A stretch of DNA of 36,277 nt, taken from NCBI GenBank assembly GCA_000934665.2, contig KZ539011.1, positions 1 to 36,277 on the forward strand, given 5' to 3'. The position numbers were made by a program, and so were the translations under genes. Position 1 is the stretch's first letter. Each line of letters opens with the position of its first letter. Below are positions 24,380 to 35,124 of this stretch, in pieces. A model generated the notes under the pieces. It searched no databases and was not told where the DNA came from. It saw nothing but the letters and a program-made list of their open reading frames with translations. The DNA comes from Catajapyx aquilonaris (Eukaryota).

Positions 24380-27378
24380 TCAAGAACGGGACTTCTCAGT
24401 CATAACTTTTTTGGCAATCCACTTGGTAGGAAAGCCTTCAGGAGACGGGATCACTTTCACATACACCTTGTCACCTACAGATAATTGCAATTTATAATAA
24501 TTACAACAACAGTGATTCCAAATTGAGATCTCACCTGGCTTAAGATATCCAAGGTCCTTTACAGGCTCCTTAGAACCAGTAATGAAGCACGAACTTCGCA
24601 TGAAGTAGAAGCTTTCCCAATGATTGCGAGCCAGTGCCCAGAAACCTATGCCACAGTCCTTGTTCAAGATGCCTGACACTTCACCCATACCAATCGAACT
24701 AGGTGGTTTGGCATAACCTGCCTCTGCATCACCTGGCACTTGTGGCTTTTTGCCCTTCCACACCAAAGTTGCATACAGGTGGCACGACAAATTCTCATCG
24801 CTAGCTGCAATAAGAAAAAGACCATATTCAACACAAAATTCCTCCAAATTTTTTTTACACAGCGGTCATCATAAACATCATTTGTTGATTCATGAGATCA
24901 AAATTTAAAGTAGATTATTCCCAAAAACGCAATAACCCTCAGCTTTATAAGGACTTCCCAAGTTGCCAGAAGTTTTGCTTATTTGATCTTTTATTTTTTT
25001 AAATCAAAATTAAGCTGAAAATATCCCACATTTCTGACTCCAATCATGCCAAAAACAGATGTGATTTAAAAACACTATTTTTGGAAATATTGTAATCTCA
25101 AAACAAACTGTTTTTCTTCATGGTACATAAACTTTTACCATACACAAATAACGTTACCTTATTATGACATGAACTATATGTGTGTGAGACACCATGACAA
25201 CATGTATGGAAAATTAAAAATTTGAATGATGATACAGAGAAGTTAACACCACTCTAACTACAGCGCGGAAAACGAAACGATGATCTGACGTCATCATTTT
25301 GTTCTCATGGAACAATAGGAGTAAACAATGTTCTTTTTGTTGACACTGTTTACTCATATTGTTGTGCGATGATGACGTCAGATCGTCATTTTGTTTTCTG
25401 CACTGTATGCCTGATTCTTGTAACATTGATTTAAACTCAGTTTCTGGTTACGCCACTCGCACCATTTCAACTCCCCTTTTGTTTTGCTTCGTTTATAAGC
25501 TCTTTCTAACCTAACCATCTGTCTGAACTCAGCTTGTAAATGATCAGTTGGCCCAATTTCATACTGGAAAGCGAGAGCTCATCAAGAACAAAACAAAGGA
25601 GAAAACTCCTATTCTCAAACCTGTATTTCTGGAGATAAGATAAAGAGGAAGAAAAATGGCGCCTCCATAACACTTTTTCCCAGATCACTTAGGCAACGTA
25701 ATTGGACACTTCTGGTGGACAGTCCTGGTTCTCTTATCTTATCAATCCCTGCAGCCACCATAAACCAAATTACTACAAATATTGGTGTTGAATTACCAAA
25801 TTTTGACCTACTCCTACTGTAACATCCTAATTGTCACATTGGACAGGCTGAATGGGTACAGAACACACCCCTCAAGAGTATTTTTCAATGGTTGGGTGTG
25901 GTCCTGAAATATTCAGGGAGAAGGCAAGGCCATGTGCAACATTTACATAAAATAATCCTCTTTGCCTAGCAAATCCAACACAATCTCCCACTACCACATT
26001 GACCAACACCAAACAACATAAGCACAGTTTACTTCTGTCTGACTCAACTATCCAGCATCAATCATGAGCTTGGTTTAAAGTCATTTTAAAAAAATCTGCA
26101 TTTAAAATGCTCAATATTGCCATTTTCTCAACTTTAAAATCACGACACGAGAAGCTAGAAATAATAAATTATTTTTATTTTTATTTGGCAAGCAATGGTG
26201 AAATATGACTCCCTTTTTTTTAGATGCCAATTGTTAGTGTCCAAGATCTGCATCATTAATGATGTAATACACTGGTAATTTCAAGGTTAGCCCATGTACT
26301 AACTGTACTGTTACTTTCTTGTCCCTCCGACGCGACGGTGACATGGGCACATTTTGTGACCAAAGCAACTTTTTTGGGGTAAAATTTTGAGCTTCACCTT
26401 TCAGGACATCTCAGTTTGATTCCTTCTGTGATTAGTTTAAATTTTTTGAGTCAAATAGCATGATTGGGAAAAAATTAATTATGTATACTGATGCGACACA
26501 TGCACATTATGCCCCCAAATACGCATCAGTGCATAATTGATTTTTTCTCGATCGTACTATTTGCTCTAAAATCATAAACTAAATGCCATTTATCGCAGAA
26601 GGAATCAACCCAAGATTGTTTCAAGTATGAAGTCCAAACATGCTACACTTCCCAAGTTATAACAAAATATGTGACTTGGTCACAAAGAGTGCCCACGTCA
26701 CTGTCGCAGGGTAACTCATGCAATGAATATATTGACCCAAAGAGATTCATGCAAGTTTATCTGTAATCATCATCATCATCTTCTTCACGGCGTTTCCCAA
26801 ACAGCGGATATTGAGGAATCCTCTGTAATGAAATGTAATTATATCTGCAAGAAAAACATGTCCTTTAGTTAAGTACCTAAGCAATTCACAGCCTCAAATT
26901 GTACAGGTTCACCCTCAGTCAGGTACGTGTTGAGGGATTGCTTCCCAGTGAAGCGATGACCATAGTGCACAAACTTCTTGGCCATAAAAAACACCCTCTG
27001 CTCTTCCCTCGGTGTGTTACCGAACGTGAGCACCCCTTTTCTGCCATAGAGCTCCGAGATCCACCCAGTACTAGTAACGGTCGGCAGCGCCACAGCGTTG
27101 ACCGGGTCATAGAACCAGGCCTTAGTAATATACCAATCCAACTTGTCCTCCCGCTCCTTATCATAAATATGGCAATTGAACTGAATCAACTGTCCAATCT
27201 GAACCACCGACGAAAAGTTCACATCAAAATTCAGCGGCACGCCATCAACATAAAACTTGTTCTGAAGCATCAGCGCCCGGTCCTGTAAGCCCTCATGAAT
27301 GAAGCTCACGATGACCTTACTGGTGGTAATAAACTCCTGAATCATCCCCAGCTTCCCCTGCAACATCGGCTTACTCAT
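24380..27378 (-). CDS. Uncharacterised ~288-aa protein with three tandem OB-fold/cold-shock-like repeats; exons 27378..26877, 24804..24535, 24474..24380
   Basis: Phase-1 donor TTAG|GTACTT (26877) matches phase-1 acceptor TTATTGCAG|CT (24804). A 60-nt GT-AG intron lies at 24534..24475. Three similar ~85-aa units share the pattern GxI...(G)...F...(V)xF....F...G...GxxVxF/V...WxAxxVW: GMIQE...WYITKAW; GWISELYGRKGVLTF...YATLVW; GEVSGILNKDCGIGF...WIAKKV. The fold assignment is inference. Confidence 0.75.
25261..25405. mobile_element. 145-bp MITE with TA TSD (Tc1/mariner-like ends), intronic
   Basis: TA|CAGCGCGGAAAACGAAACGATGATCTGACGTCATCAT ... ATGATGACGTCAGATCGTCATTTTGTTTTCTGCACTG|TA gives ~37-bp TIRs. 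The interior is also palindromic (GAGTAAACA / TGTTTACTC). Confidence 0.8.
26323..26714. mobile_element. ~390-bp palindromic (foldback) MITE, diverged, intronic
   Basis: GCGACGGTGACATGGGCACATTTTGTGACCAA pairs with TTGGTCACAAAGAGTGCCCACGTCACTGTCGC. Inner arms TTGATTCCTTCTG / CAGAAGGAATCAA and ACTGATGCG / CGCATCAGT. TSD is not clear. Confidence 0.75.
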
Positions 27379-28134
27379 GACTCCTGCTGTCTGGTCACTA
27401 TTTGTTCTCTCACAAATGATGGGTGTGGCACCGTGCTAGATTTGGAAGAGGAAACGGAACAATACATATCCTTTCATTTCAACTGGGCATGTACTTACCC
27501 TACATACCACGTCAAAACTTGTACCAGGTACTTGTAACTACTGAACCCAACACAACAATCAGACAACAAACAAGGAGCAACAAAGAACTACCTTACCACG
27601 TGATTGTTTCATACTAATTCCGTCGTACACACCAGATGGCACCATATAAGCGGGCATCCCACGCCATCTCTCGGCCATATTTGTACGGTACTGTAACACA
27701 CACGTGGGAATTACTGTGTTACTACCGGTCTATAAAGCAAGAATCAATGCCCTTGACCTGACCCAGCTGCTCCGGATTAACCTGAATTTTCCCCCAAAAA
27801 ACCAGTTTTATGATCACGCTATCCAATTCACTTCCTGCTCATTTTGTACGGTACTGCTACCCATGTTGCAATTGCAGCTCAGCCAAATTCATCCTGTATA
27901 ATAAGGTCATGTTGAGAAATTAGATGTGTACCGGATATGACATACCCACAATGGACCTGGAATGAGTAGTGCGTGGAACAGCGTAGGTGCGGAGATGAGA
28001 ATAAATCAATGCAAAGTGGGGGGTAAATTGCGCAACGTAGCGGCTGCAACATTACTAAAAAAAATTGTGGTCCCTTCCCCCCCCCAATGGGTGGTAGGGG
28101 GTCGAGGGGCGGGGGGTTCAAATGCAGGAAAGCC

Positions 28135-28141
28135 TATATAA
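28135..28141 (+). promoter_or_regulatory. Candidate TATA box of the LDLa-sushi-protease-homolog gene
   Basis: TATATAA ending ~60 nt upstream of the ATG at 28201. Confidence 0.45.
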
Positions 28142-28200
28142 GATAGGGGTGGATGACCGCGGATATATGCAGAAAGGTGGTTGCTGCAGCCAGGTGCAGA

Positions 28201-30349
28201 ATGTCCCCACTATTGTTCCTCCTATTCTGCTTCATAGCCCGTAAGTACCTATTTAAATTCTTGTAGTAAAATAGTAATAATCATAGTATTGATTCCGCAG
28301 AGACACTGGGTGGAAAGCAACGCCAACAGCACGTGTGTCTGCAACAAGAATTTCGATGCAAACATAGAGAGGAGTGTATTCCAGCTAGTAGGGTTTGCGA
28401 TGGATATAGGGATTGTAGAGATGGAGCAGATGAGGACCTGGATTTTTGTGGGAAGAAGAACCAAACTGATGGGTGTACATCAGAAGAATTTAGATGTTCA
28501 TTTGGAGGGTGTATCATGCGCAATGCGAGCTGCAATGGTCGTGTCGATTGCTTCGATGGATCTGATGAGAGCTTGGAATGCAGAAAGCAAACGTATGTAG
28601 CCTTGATCAATAGTGTACCTTAATTAGCATGATGGGTCACTGACTTTGTATGGAATTTTATTTTAAGCAAAATTGCTTTACAACACGCAACCTCATTGTT
28701 ATGCATAAAATTTACTCCAATTATTTTTCAAAGGTGCTCGAGCCGGCAGTTCCGGTGCGACTATGGCGCATGTATATCGTTGCGGTTCAAATGCGATGGA
28801 CATACAAACTGCGTGGACCACACTGATGAGACACATGAGAGTTGCCGAAATCATTCGTGCCAGCCCAACCAGTTCCGGTGTCGGTACGGCGCTTGTGTCA
28901 ACGCCCGGAAGCTATGCGACGGTCGACGTCACTGTCGGGACCGAAGCGACGAGAACAAAAAACTGTGCAGCAAGATATTACGGTCAATTATCCGGGCTAA
29001 TGCGACAGGTGCGACCACTATTTTCGCCGGATCTGGAGCAGCAGGGAAGTGTCTAGTGTCCTGCCATCCCCTAAGACCGCCCAGGGGCATCGAATCTGAA
29101 TGTGTGGACCCCAAGACGCATCAGGTCATGTCCTGCAGGTCACCTATCATACCAGTTGGGACAGTTGCGAGATACCACTGCGCACCCAATTTCAGACCAA
29201 TAGGTACAGCTGGTAAGAAGTCGGATAAGGTTTGTGGACCAGATGGTAAATGGAAGTCCAGTAATAAGTCCGGTACTAGAGAAGCCTTAACTTGTGCGCT
29301 TGGTAAGTACACTACATTGCCGTACCTTACAAGTTCTAATGATGTGACTCTATAGAATGTGGTCTGGCTAGAGAGGGCAAGAAGTGGCCGTGGTTGATGG
29401 AGTTGGCGGTCAAAGATGGTGACGAATGGAGTCAACGGTGTACTGCGACACTTGTCAGCGACGTAGCACTTATCACAGGTACAATGATAGGACCAGGTTA
29501 TAACATAGTGCATAAATTTTTCCGTAATAATAGCCCGAAAGTTGATCAGGCTGGAATTTTTGTGGAATACTGACTGTACTGTGCATGGAAATATACAGTT
29601 TTTACTCACTTATGACCAGGTGATATACCTTGAACCCTGTTTCTAGCCGCAAGTTGCCTACAACGTAAACAGGACAACTCGACGTACCAAACAGTCAAAC
29701 CACGTGATGTTCGTGTAATATTTTACGACGGCCACGATGACCATATCCAAGTGGATGAAATGCATGTCCGTTCACTCACTGTCCATCCAAATTTCACCAT
29801 GACCGAAGAATCTGATGCCAAACCGAACCTCGCTGTTATCCAACTGCGGCACCCACTACATCATTTCGACCGGATTCTTCCAGTTTGCATCTCCAAGAGG
29901 GAAGGTTCTCTTCTGGAAGACATCCATTTGCTGATGGGCTCAAACGGTACTGTCCCCATGATGCAACTGGACGAACACAACTCCTTGGAGAGACGAAATC
30001 TGTCCGAACTGTCCATGGGAATGCAAATAGCCTTAATGGAACGGTGCACTAATGACACCCAAGATCAAAGTTCCAACTACTGTGCCACACTTCCAGAAGG
30101 TAGGCATGTGTTTGATGTGTAGTGACAATTAATTAACAATCATTAATACACATAGGTTCCGAAGAGTGCAAAATCCCGATCGGTTCCGGTATGGTGTTCC
30201 CAACCGGATCAGACGATGACCGTCGTTGGGTCCTCCATGGTATACTTCTTCCACATGTCAACCCCTGTGACTCATCCAGACGATTCATTCGGATTGGCCA
30301 ATATTTAACCTGGCTTGATGGCTACTTGGGACGAGTAATGCGCCCATAA
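28201..30349 (+). CDS. Modular serine protease (ModSP/HP14)-like protein, catalytically inactive homolog, 556 aa: signal peptide, 4 LDLa repeats, sushi/CCP domain, trypsin-fold domain; exons 28201-28240, 28301-28592, 28734-29302, 29356-29478, 29647-30099, 30156-30349
   Basis: All introns are GT-AG with consistent phases. Signal peptide MSPLLFLLFCFIAQTLG. Four LDLa units (FRC...CI/CV...CDG/CNG..DC/NC/HC.D.xDE). Sushi with VARYHCAPNF...CGPDGKW. Protease domain landmarks WPWL, CTATLVSDVALITAASC, VHPNF, NLAVIQL, ILPVCI, CKIPIGSGMV, WVLHGIL, YLTWL. Confidence 0.9.
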
Positions 30350-30794
30350 TAATTAATTATACTTATTTATTTGTAAACTACCATTTTGTACTCGTCGCAT
30401 CATTAAATAAACCTTGGTGCAATTTGTGTATAGAACCCATTTTGCACCACTTAGCTGATTAGTATTGACCAGCCAAATTCTCACCTGTAGTAAATAAACA
30501 TCTCGACTGTCTGAATTGTAAATGGCTCAGGCGAGTCCCAACCCTTGAGTTGACAATGAGGCCCTTAGCGTTCATAGGGGCCTCCCCTGGATGTAAGCCG
30601 TAAATTCTATATACTCAATGAGTCCAACCTTCGTGCGTTCATCTCTATAATGCCGCAGGCTGCTTAGTAGTTAGTCCCAGATAGCTATGGGCAGCCAGCC
30701 AGATAGTACACGCAGGTTAGTGGACCAATAAGTGTGTATATTCAGCAATTCAGGTGTTCGCAAGTTGGTGTTGGCAAGTAGGTGTTCGCGGTAC

Positions 30795-33301
30795 ATGATG
30801 AATGTGGTGATCTTCATTGTGATGGTATGCTGGATACATTATGGAAGTAGCCTGACTGATGAAGAACAAAGGGCGAAGAACCTGTTGAAGGAGATAGATT
30901 CAAATTTTTCGAAGGTGTGTACTAAGAATGCGATTGCTCTGTGGGAACATGCGACAGATTTGACGGATGTTAATCAGCAACGTGCGGTATGTATACAGTG
31001 TATAGGTTAAAAGTTTAAAATATTTATTGAAGCTACTTTTTGGCAGTTGGAAACTACCTTTAATGTTGCGCAGTATGAGAAGGATATATGGAAGATGGCG
31101 AACCAGTTTCAGTGGCAGTTATTTCAGGATCCGGATCTTCGTCGGCAGTTTCGTAAATATGCCATTTTGGGTTCTGCAGTTTTGCCTGATGATGAACTCA
31201 AAAAGGTTAGTTTAAAATTTGAGATAAGAAGTATATTTTTTTGAATTGTCTAATATATTTTCAGTTTGAGAATTTGGTCAGCGAAATGGAAACGATTTAT
31301 TCTAAAGCCAAAATTTGCGACATGACGAATACAAAATGCAATCTGAGTTTGGAACCAGGTGATGCTAATTAAATGTTAAATTTGAATGACAGTAAATAAT
31401 AGAGTGAGATTTCAGATTTGTTTGAACTTATGGCATCGAGTCGACATTACGATGAACTTGAAGATGTTTGGACTAAATGGCGTGAGAAATCGGGGAAACC
31501 GATACGAACACTGTTTAGGACATACGTTGATTACAGAAATAAGATTGCTACCCTAAATAGTAAGTACAATATATTTTAACAAATATTTCACTTATTGCCA
31601 ACAATTAGTGCTTTGCAAAAAAAAAAATGTCACAAAAATATTTTTTCAGACTTTACAGATAATACGGAGTACTGGATACATGGGTATGAATCTCCCACTT
31701 TCAAACGAGATGTGGAGAGGATTTGGGGGCAAATGAAACCTCTGTATCTACAGTTACATGCATACGTTCGTAGGAGACTACGTGAGTTTTATGGATCCGA
31801 AAATGTTTCTAAAACGGGTCCCATTCCAGCACATCTTTTGGGTGAGATTTCATAGATTTTTCATCTGTAATTTCAAGTTGATGTTCGGTCACAGTTAACC
31901 ATATGTTATAATGTAGGAAATATGTGGGCTCAGACATGGAATAATATATTGGACATAACCGATCCATTTCCAAACAAGCAATCCATGGATGTCACTCCTC
32001 AGATGAAACAGCAAGTATGCCACACTGTATACTGTTCCATTTCTGAAAACTTATGCTCAAATTCCTATAGGGTTACACTCCAAAGAAAATGTTTCAAGTG
32101 GCAGAAGAATTCTTTACATCACTCAATTTACAACCTATGCCTGCTGAATTCTGGGAAGGATCTGTCATCGAAAAATTAGCTGATCAGGAGATGATATGCC
32201 ATCCATCAGCCTGGGACTTTTGCAACAAGAAGGATTACAGAATTAAACAATGCACCCGAGTTAACATGGAAGATTTGATATCTGTCCATCATGAGATGGG
32301 ACACATCCAATACTTCTTGCAATACCGTCATCAGCCTCTTATATATCGGGGAGGTGCAAATCCAGGCTTTCAAGAGGCTGTTGGAGACTTGATTGCCCTC
32401 TCTGTGTTAACACCTGATCATTTGCATAAAATAGGGCTGTTGCATAACTTACATAATGATCTAGAGACTGACTTGAAGTATCTTTATTTAACAGCATTAA
32501 ACAAGATTGCTTTTTTGCCATTTGGATACTTGGTGGACCTATGGCGGTGGGACATATTTAGCAACAAGGTAACTCCAGAGGAATACAATTGTCAATGGTG
32601 GAAGTACCGTCTGGAATACCAAGGTATAAAACCACCCAACATGAGAACCGAGGAGGATTTCGACGCAGGTGCTAAGTTTCACGTCGCAGCTGACGTTTCA
32701 TACATACGGTAAGGCCATAAGATCATGTACCATTCAACTGTGTAATTCACTTATTTTTGGCAGGTACTTTGTCAGCTACATCATTCAGTTCCAGTTTCAC
32801 AAAGCTTTGTGCATCGCTGCTGATCAGTATGATCCGGATAATCCCACAGTAAAACCGCTTCATCGATGTGATATTTACAGAAGCGCTAAGGCTGGACAGA
32901 AACTCGCGTAAGTTCTAGTTGACGTAAGGTGTAAAGTAAACACAAATTGACGTAACATCATTTTGTGTCAAGCAGAAAAATGCTGCAGCTTGGTTCGTCT
33001 AAGCCAGCACCAGAAGCTTTCTATATAATGACTGGAAGTAGGCACATGGACGCTAGTGCAATTTTAGAGTATTTCCAACCATTACATAAGTGGCTGGAGG
33101 AAGAAAACGCTCGGAATCAAGAATACATAGGTTGGACACAAGGTAAATTATTATTTGTATTTTTAATAATAATGGTTGTCGCCACTCAAACCCTGCTCAT
33201 GTTCATTTTTAGATGAGCAGTACTGCACTGGTGATGCTGCAACTCATCTCCTTCAGATTGTCGTACTCTTCATGTTGCTTATTGTTAGTCTGACCGCATA
33301 G
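30795..33301 (+). CDS. ACE: Angiotensin-converting enzyme (peptidyl-dipeptidase A, M2 family), single domain, 638 aa; exons 30795-30986, 31047-31205, 31265-31358, 31416-31559, 31650-31841, 31917-32014, 32071-32708, 32764-32907, 32976-33142, 33213-33301
   Basis: Ten exons with GT-AG introns join in frame. Signal peptide; [42 protein letters not shown]; zinc motif HHEMGH (32287-32304); [27 protein letters not shown]; hydrophobic C-terminal tail. Confidence 0.97.
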
Positions 33302-33976
33302 CGTGACTGCCCAATGAATCAAAGGTAAAGCATGTATTTAATGTAATGTAGTCCTGCATTAGAAACAAATAATATTTTGTATTCATTTCTTCAACAGACA
33401 ATTTAAAAAAGATCAACCGTAAAAAAGCTACTGCAACAAGTAAATGCAAACGGACGCCTGATAATTCACCATTGTAACTATTGCGGATTTAAAAATAAAT
33501 CCACAAGAATGTACTCCTTATGTGTCAATCTCTGTCCAGGTCTGTATTTCAGAGTGTACACAGCAGGAGTCTCATGCAAAGCAAAGGTAAAAATAATCGA
33601 TAAGGCCATCAAAATGTATCCAGGTGACCAAAGAGAGCCAGTGTTTACAAGTGTCAGTTGCTACGTGAATGCGATAGTGTTGCAAAGTCATTAAGGTTTG
33701 GAATACGTCTGAACTATTCCTCCGTGCTCTACTTTTTAGAGTAAAAAAGCCCCTTAGGAACAAAGGAACTAGAAAGTGAGAAAATAATATTAGAAGCCCA
33801 TCTTAGGAGCTTTAAATTATTATCTGAATTATTGCTAACGAGGCTTTGGAGGATTAATTACTCCTCTACATAAAGAGTCACTATTTAACGTTTTTGACAC
33901 TATTATTTCGTTGCAGTACAGTGGTAACACCCTCTTTATGCATATCTGATAGAAGTGTCGCTTAGAAACCTCGTTA

Positions 33977-34268
33977 TCTATCTATATAAATAAAGCCGTT
34001 TGTGAGTCTGTCTGTCTGTCTGTCTGTCTGCCTGCCATCTGTGCTCCACCCCCAGGCCGGGAGAGGATGGAGGTGTTGGGGGTTGACTACAGATGGCAGG
34101 CAAATGACGGTTGCCGTTATGCAGGCGGGAGAGGTTGAAGGTGTTGGAGTAGCAGGACCACAGATGGAGGTCGCCGGACACACAGAAAGACAGACAGTTG
34201 ACGGGGGTACTGGCAGGTGTTTTCCCTTCATTCATTTCTTCCCTGGCAACGCCGGGTGCCGCAGCTAG
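33977..34268 (+). mobile_element. Non-autonomous Helitron, ~290 bp, with internal (CTGT)n microsatellite
   Basis: 5' A|TCTATCTATATAAATAAAG (the start could be 33977 or 33981), (TCTG)n at ~34007-34030, subterminal GC hairpin CCCTGGC-AAC-GCCGGG (34241-34256) and 3' CTAG|T. Inserted between A and T with no TSD. Confidence 0.88.
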
Positions 34269-34314
34269 TAGAAACTATCTCACGCTATTTTTTGCCCAAC
34301 TTAAGGCTAACGAT

Positions 34315-35124
34315 ATGGATCGTAGTCCACCCAGTTCATCAGGGTCCAGATCCTATAAATCCAGGTCCAGCTGCTCATTGCTGGAGTCACCAGACGCAGA
34401 TGATGAAGACAGCAACTTCAATGTTTCACCTTTAAACAGTTTCGGTAAGATTAGCCCCTAGCAACATTGGTATTATTATGTCGTCCAAAATAATGACCTG
34501 TATATTCATATTTGTCAATGTAGCAGATCTCACCCTGCATGAGCATAAGAAACCTCATATGAAAACTAAGAAACCTCCGGCGGATCCAAACCTTCCAAAT
34601 GCAATGAATCTTCACACGAAAGAAGATAAGCAAACATTGTGTTCCGAATGGACCACATGTATGGCTAATACATTTAAGTAAGGTTTACTACAACACTAGT
34701 GACAAAAATAATTGTTATTTCAGGGAATGAGTTTAAACGCGACACACCACAGAATCCGAAAAGTTCTTCAAGATGTCCTTCAAAAATTGAATTGAAACAT
34801 ATGGTAAAACTGCCCCGGAAAGACGAACCTAAACAGCAACATCTCAAGAGTGACTGTAGAGTTCAAAAAGACTTGATAAGAATAGAAAAACCTAGCAAGG
34901 AGACACTTTCTTACAAAGATACTGTACCCTCAAGAGATTCAACAATCACAAGAAAATATCTGCAGGAATACCTGCCTCCGGAAAAATCTTTTGACAAAGG
35001 TACAGAATTATCAAAAGTATACAAGGGCCAGGATTTATTTTGCCAAAAATTCAGGGTTCTTACAGATTGGCAGATGGGTACACATTATCGAGAGAATCCT
35101 CCTGGAGCCGATATTTGTGTCTAA
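34315..35124 (+). CDS. Hypothetical ~221-aa hydrophilic Ser/Lys/Pro-rich protein; exons 34315-34444, 34524-34658, 34724-35124
   Basis: Three consecutive ORF segments join in frame through 79- and 65-nt GT-AG introns (G|GTAAGA...TAG; T|GTATGG...TTTCAG). AATAAA occurs ~65-80 nt after the stop. No domain recognised, and the start may lie further upstream. Confidence 0.6.

Noticed and set aside
29121..29609. 162-aa minus-strand ORF (also 26899..27288 on the plus strand)
   Set aside because: Antisense to well-supported exons; no independent features.
34659..34723. Alternative donor at 34678 (AA|GTAAGG) for the orphan gene
   Set aside because: It gives a 46-nt intron and an immediate stop (GAA TGA), whereas the donor at 34659 keeps the frame into the long last exon.
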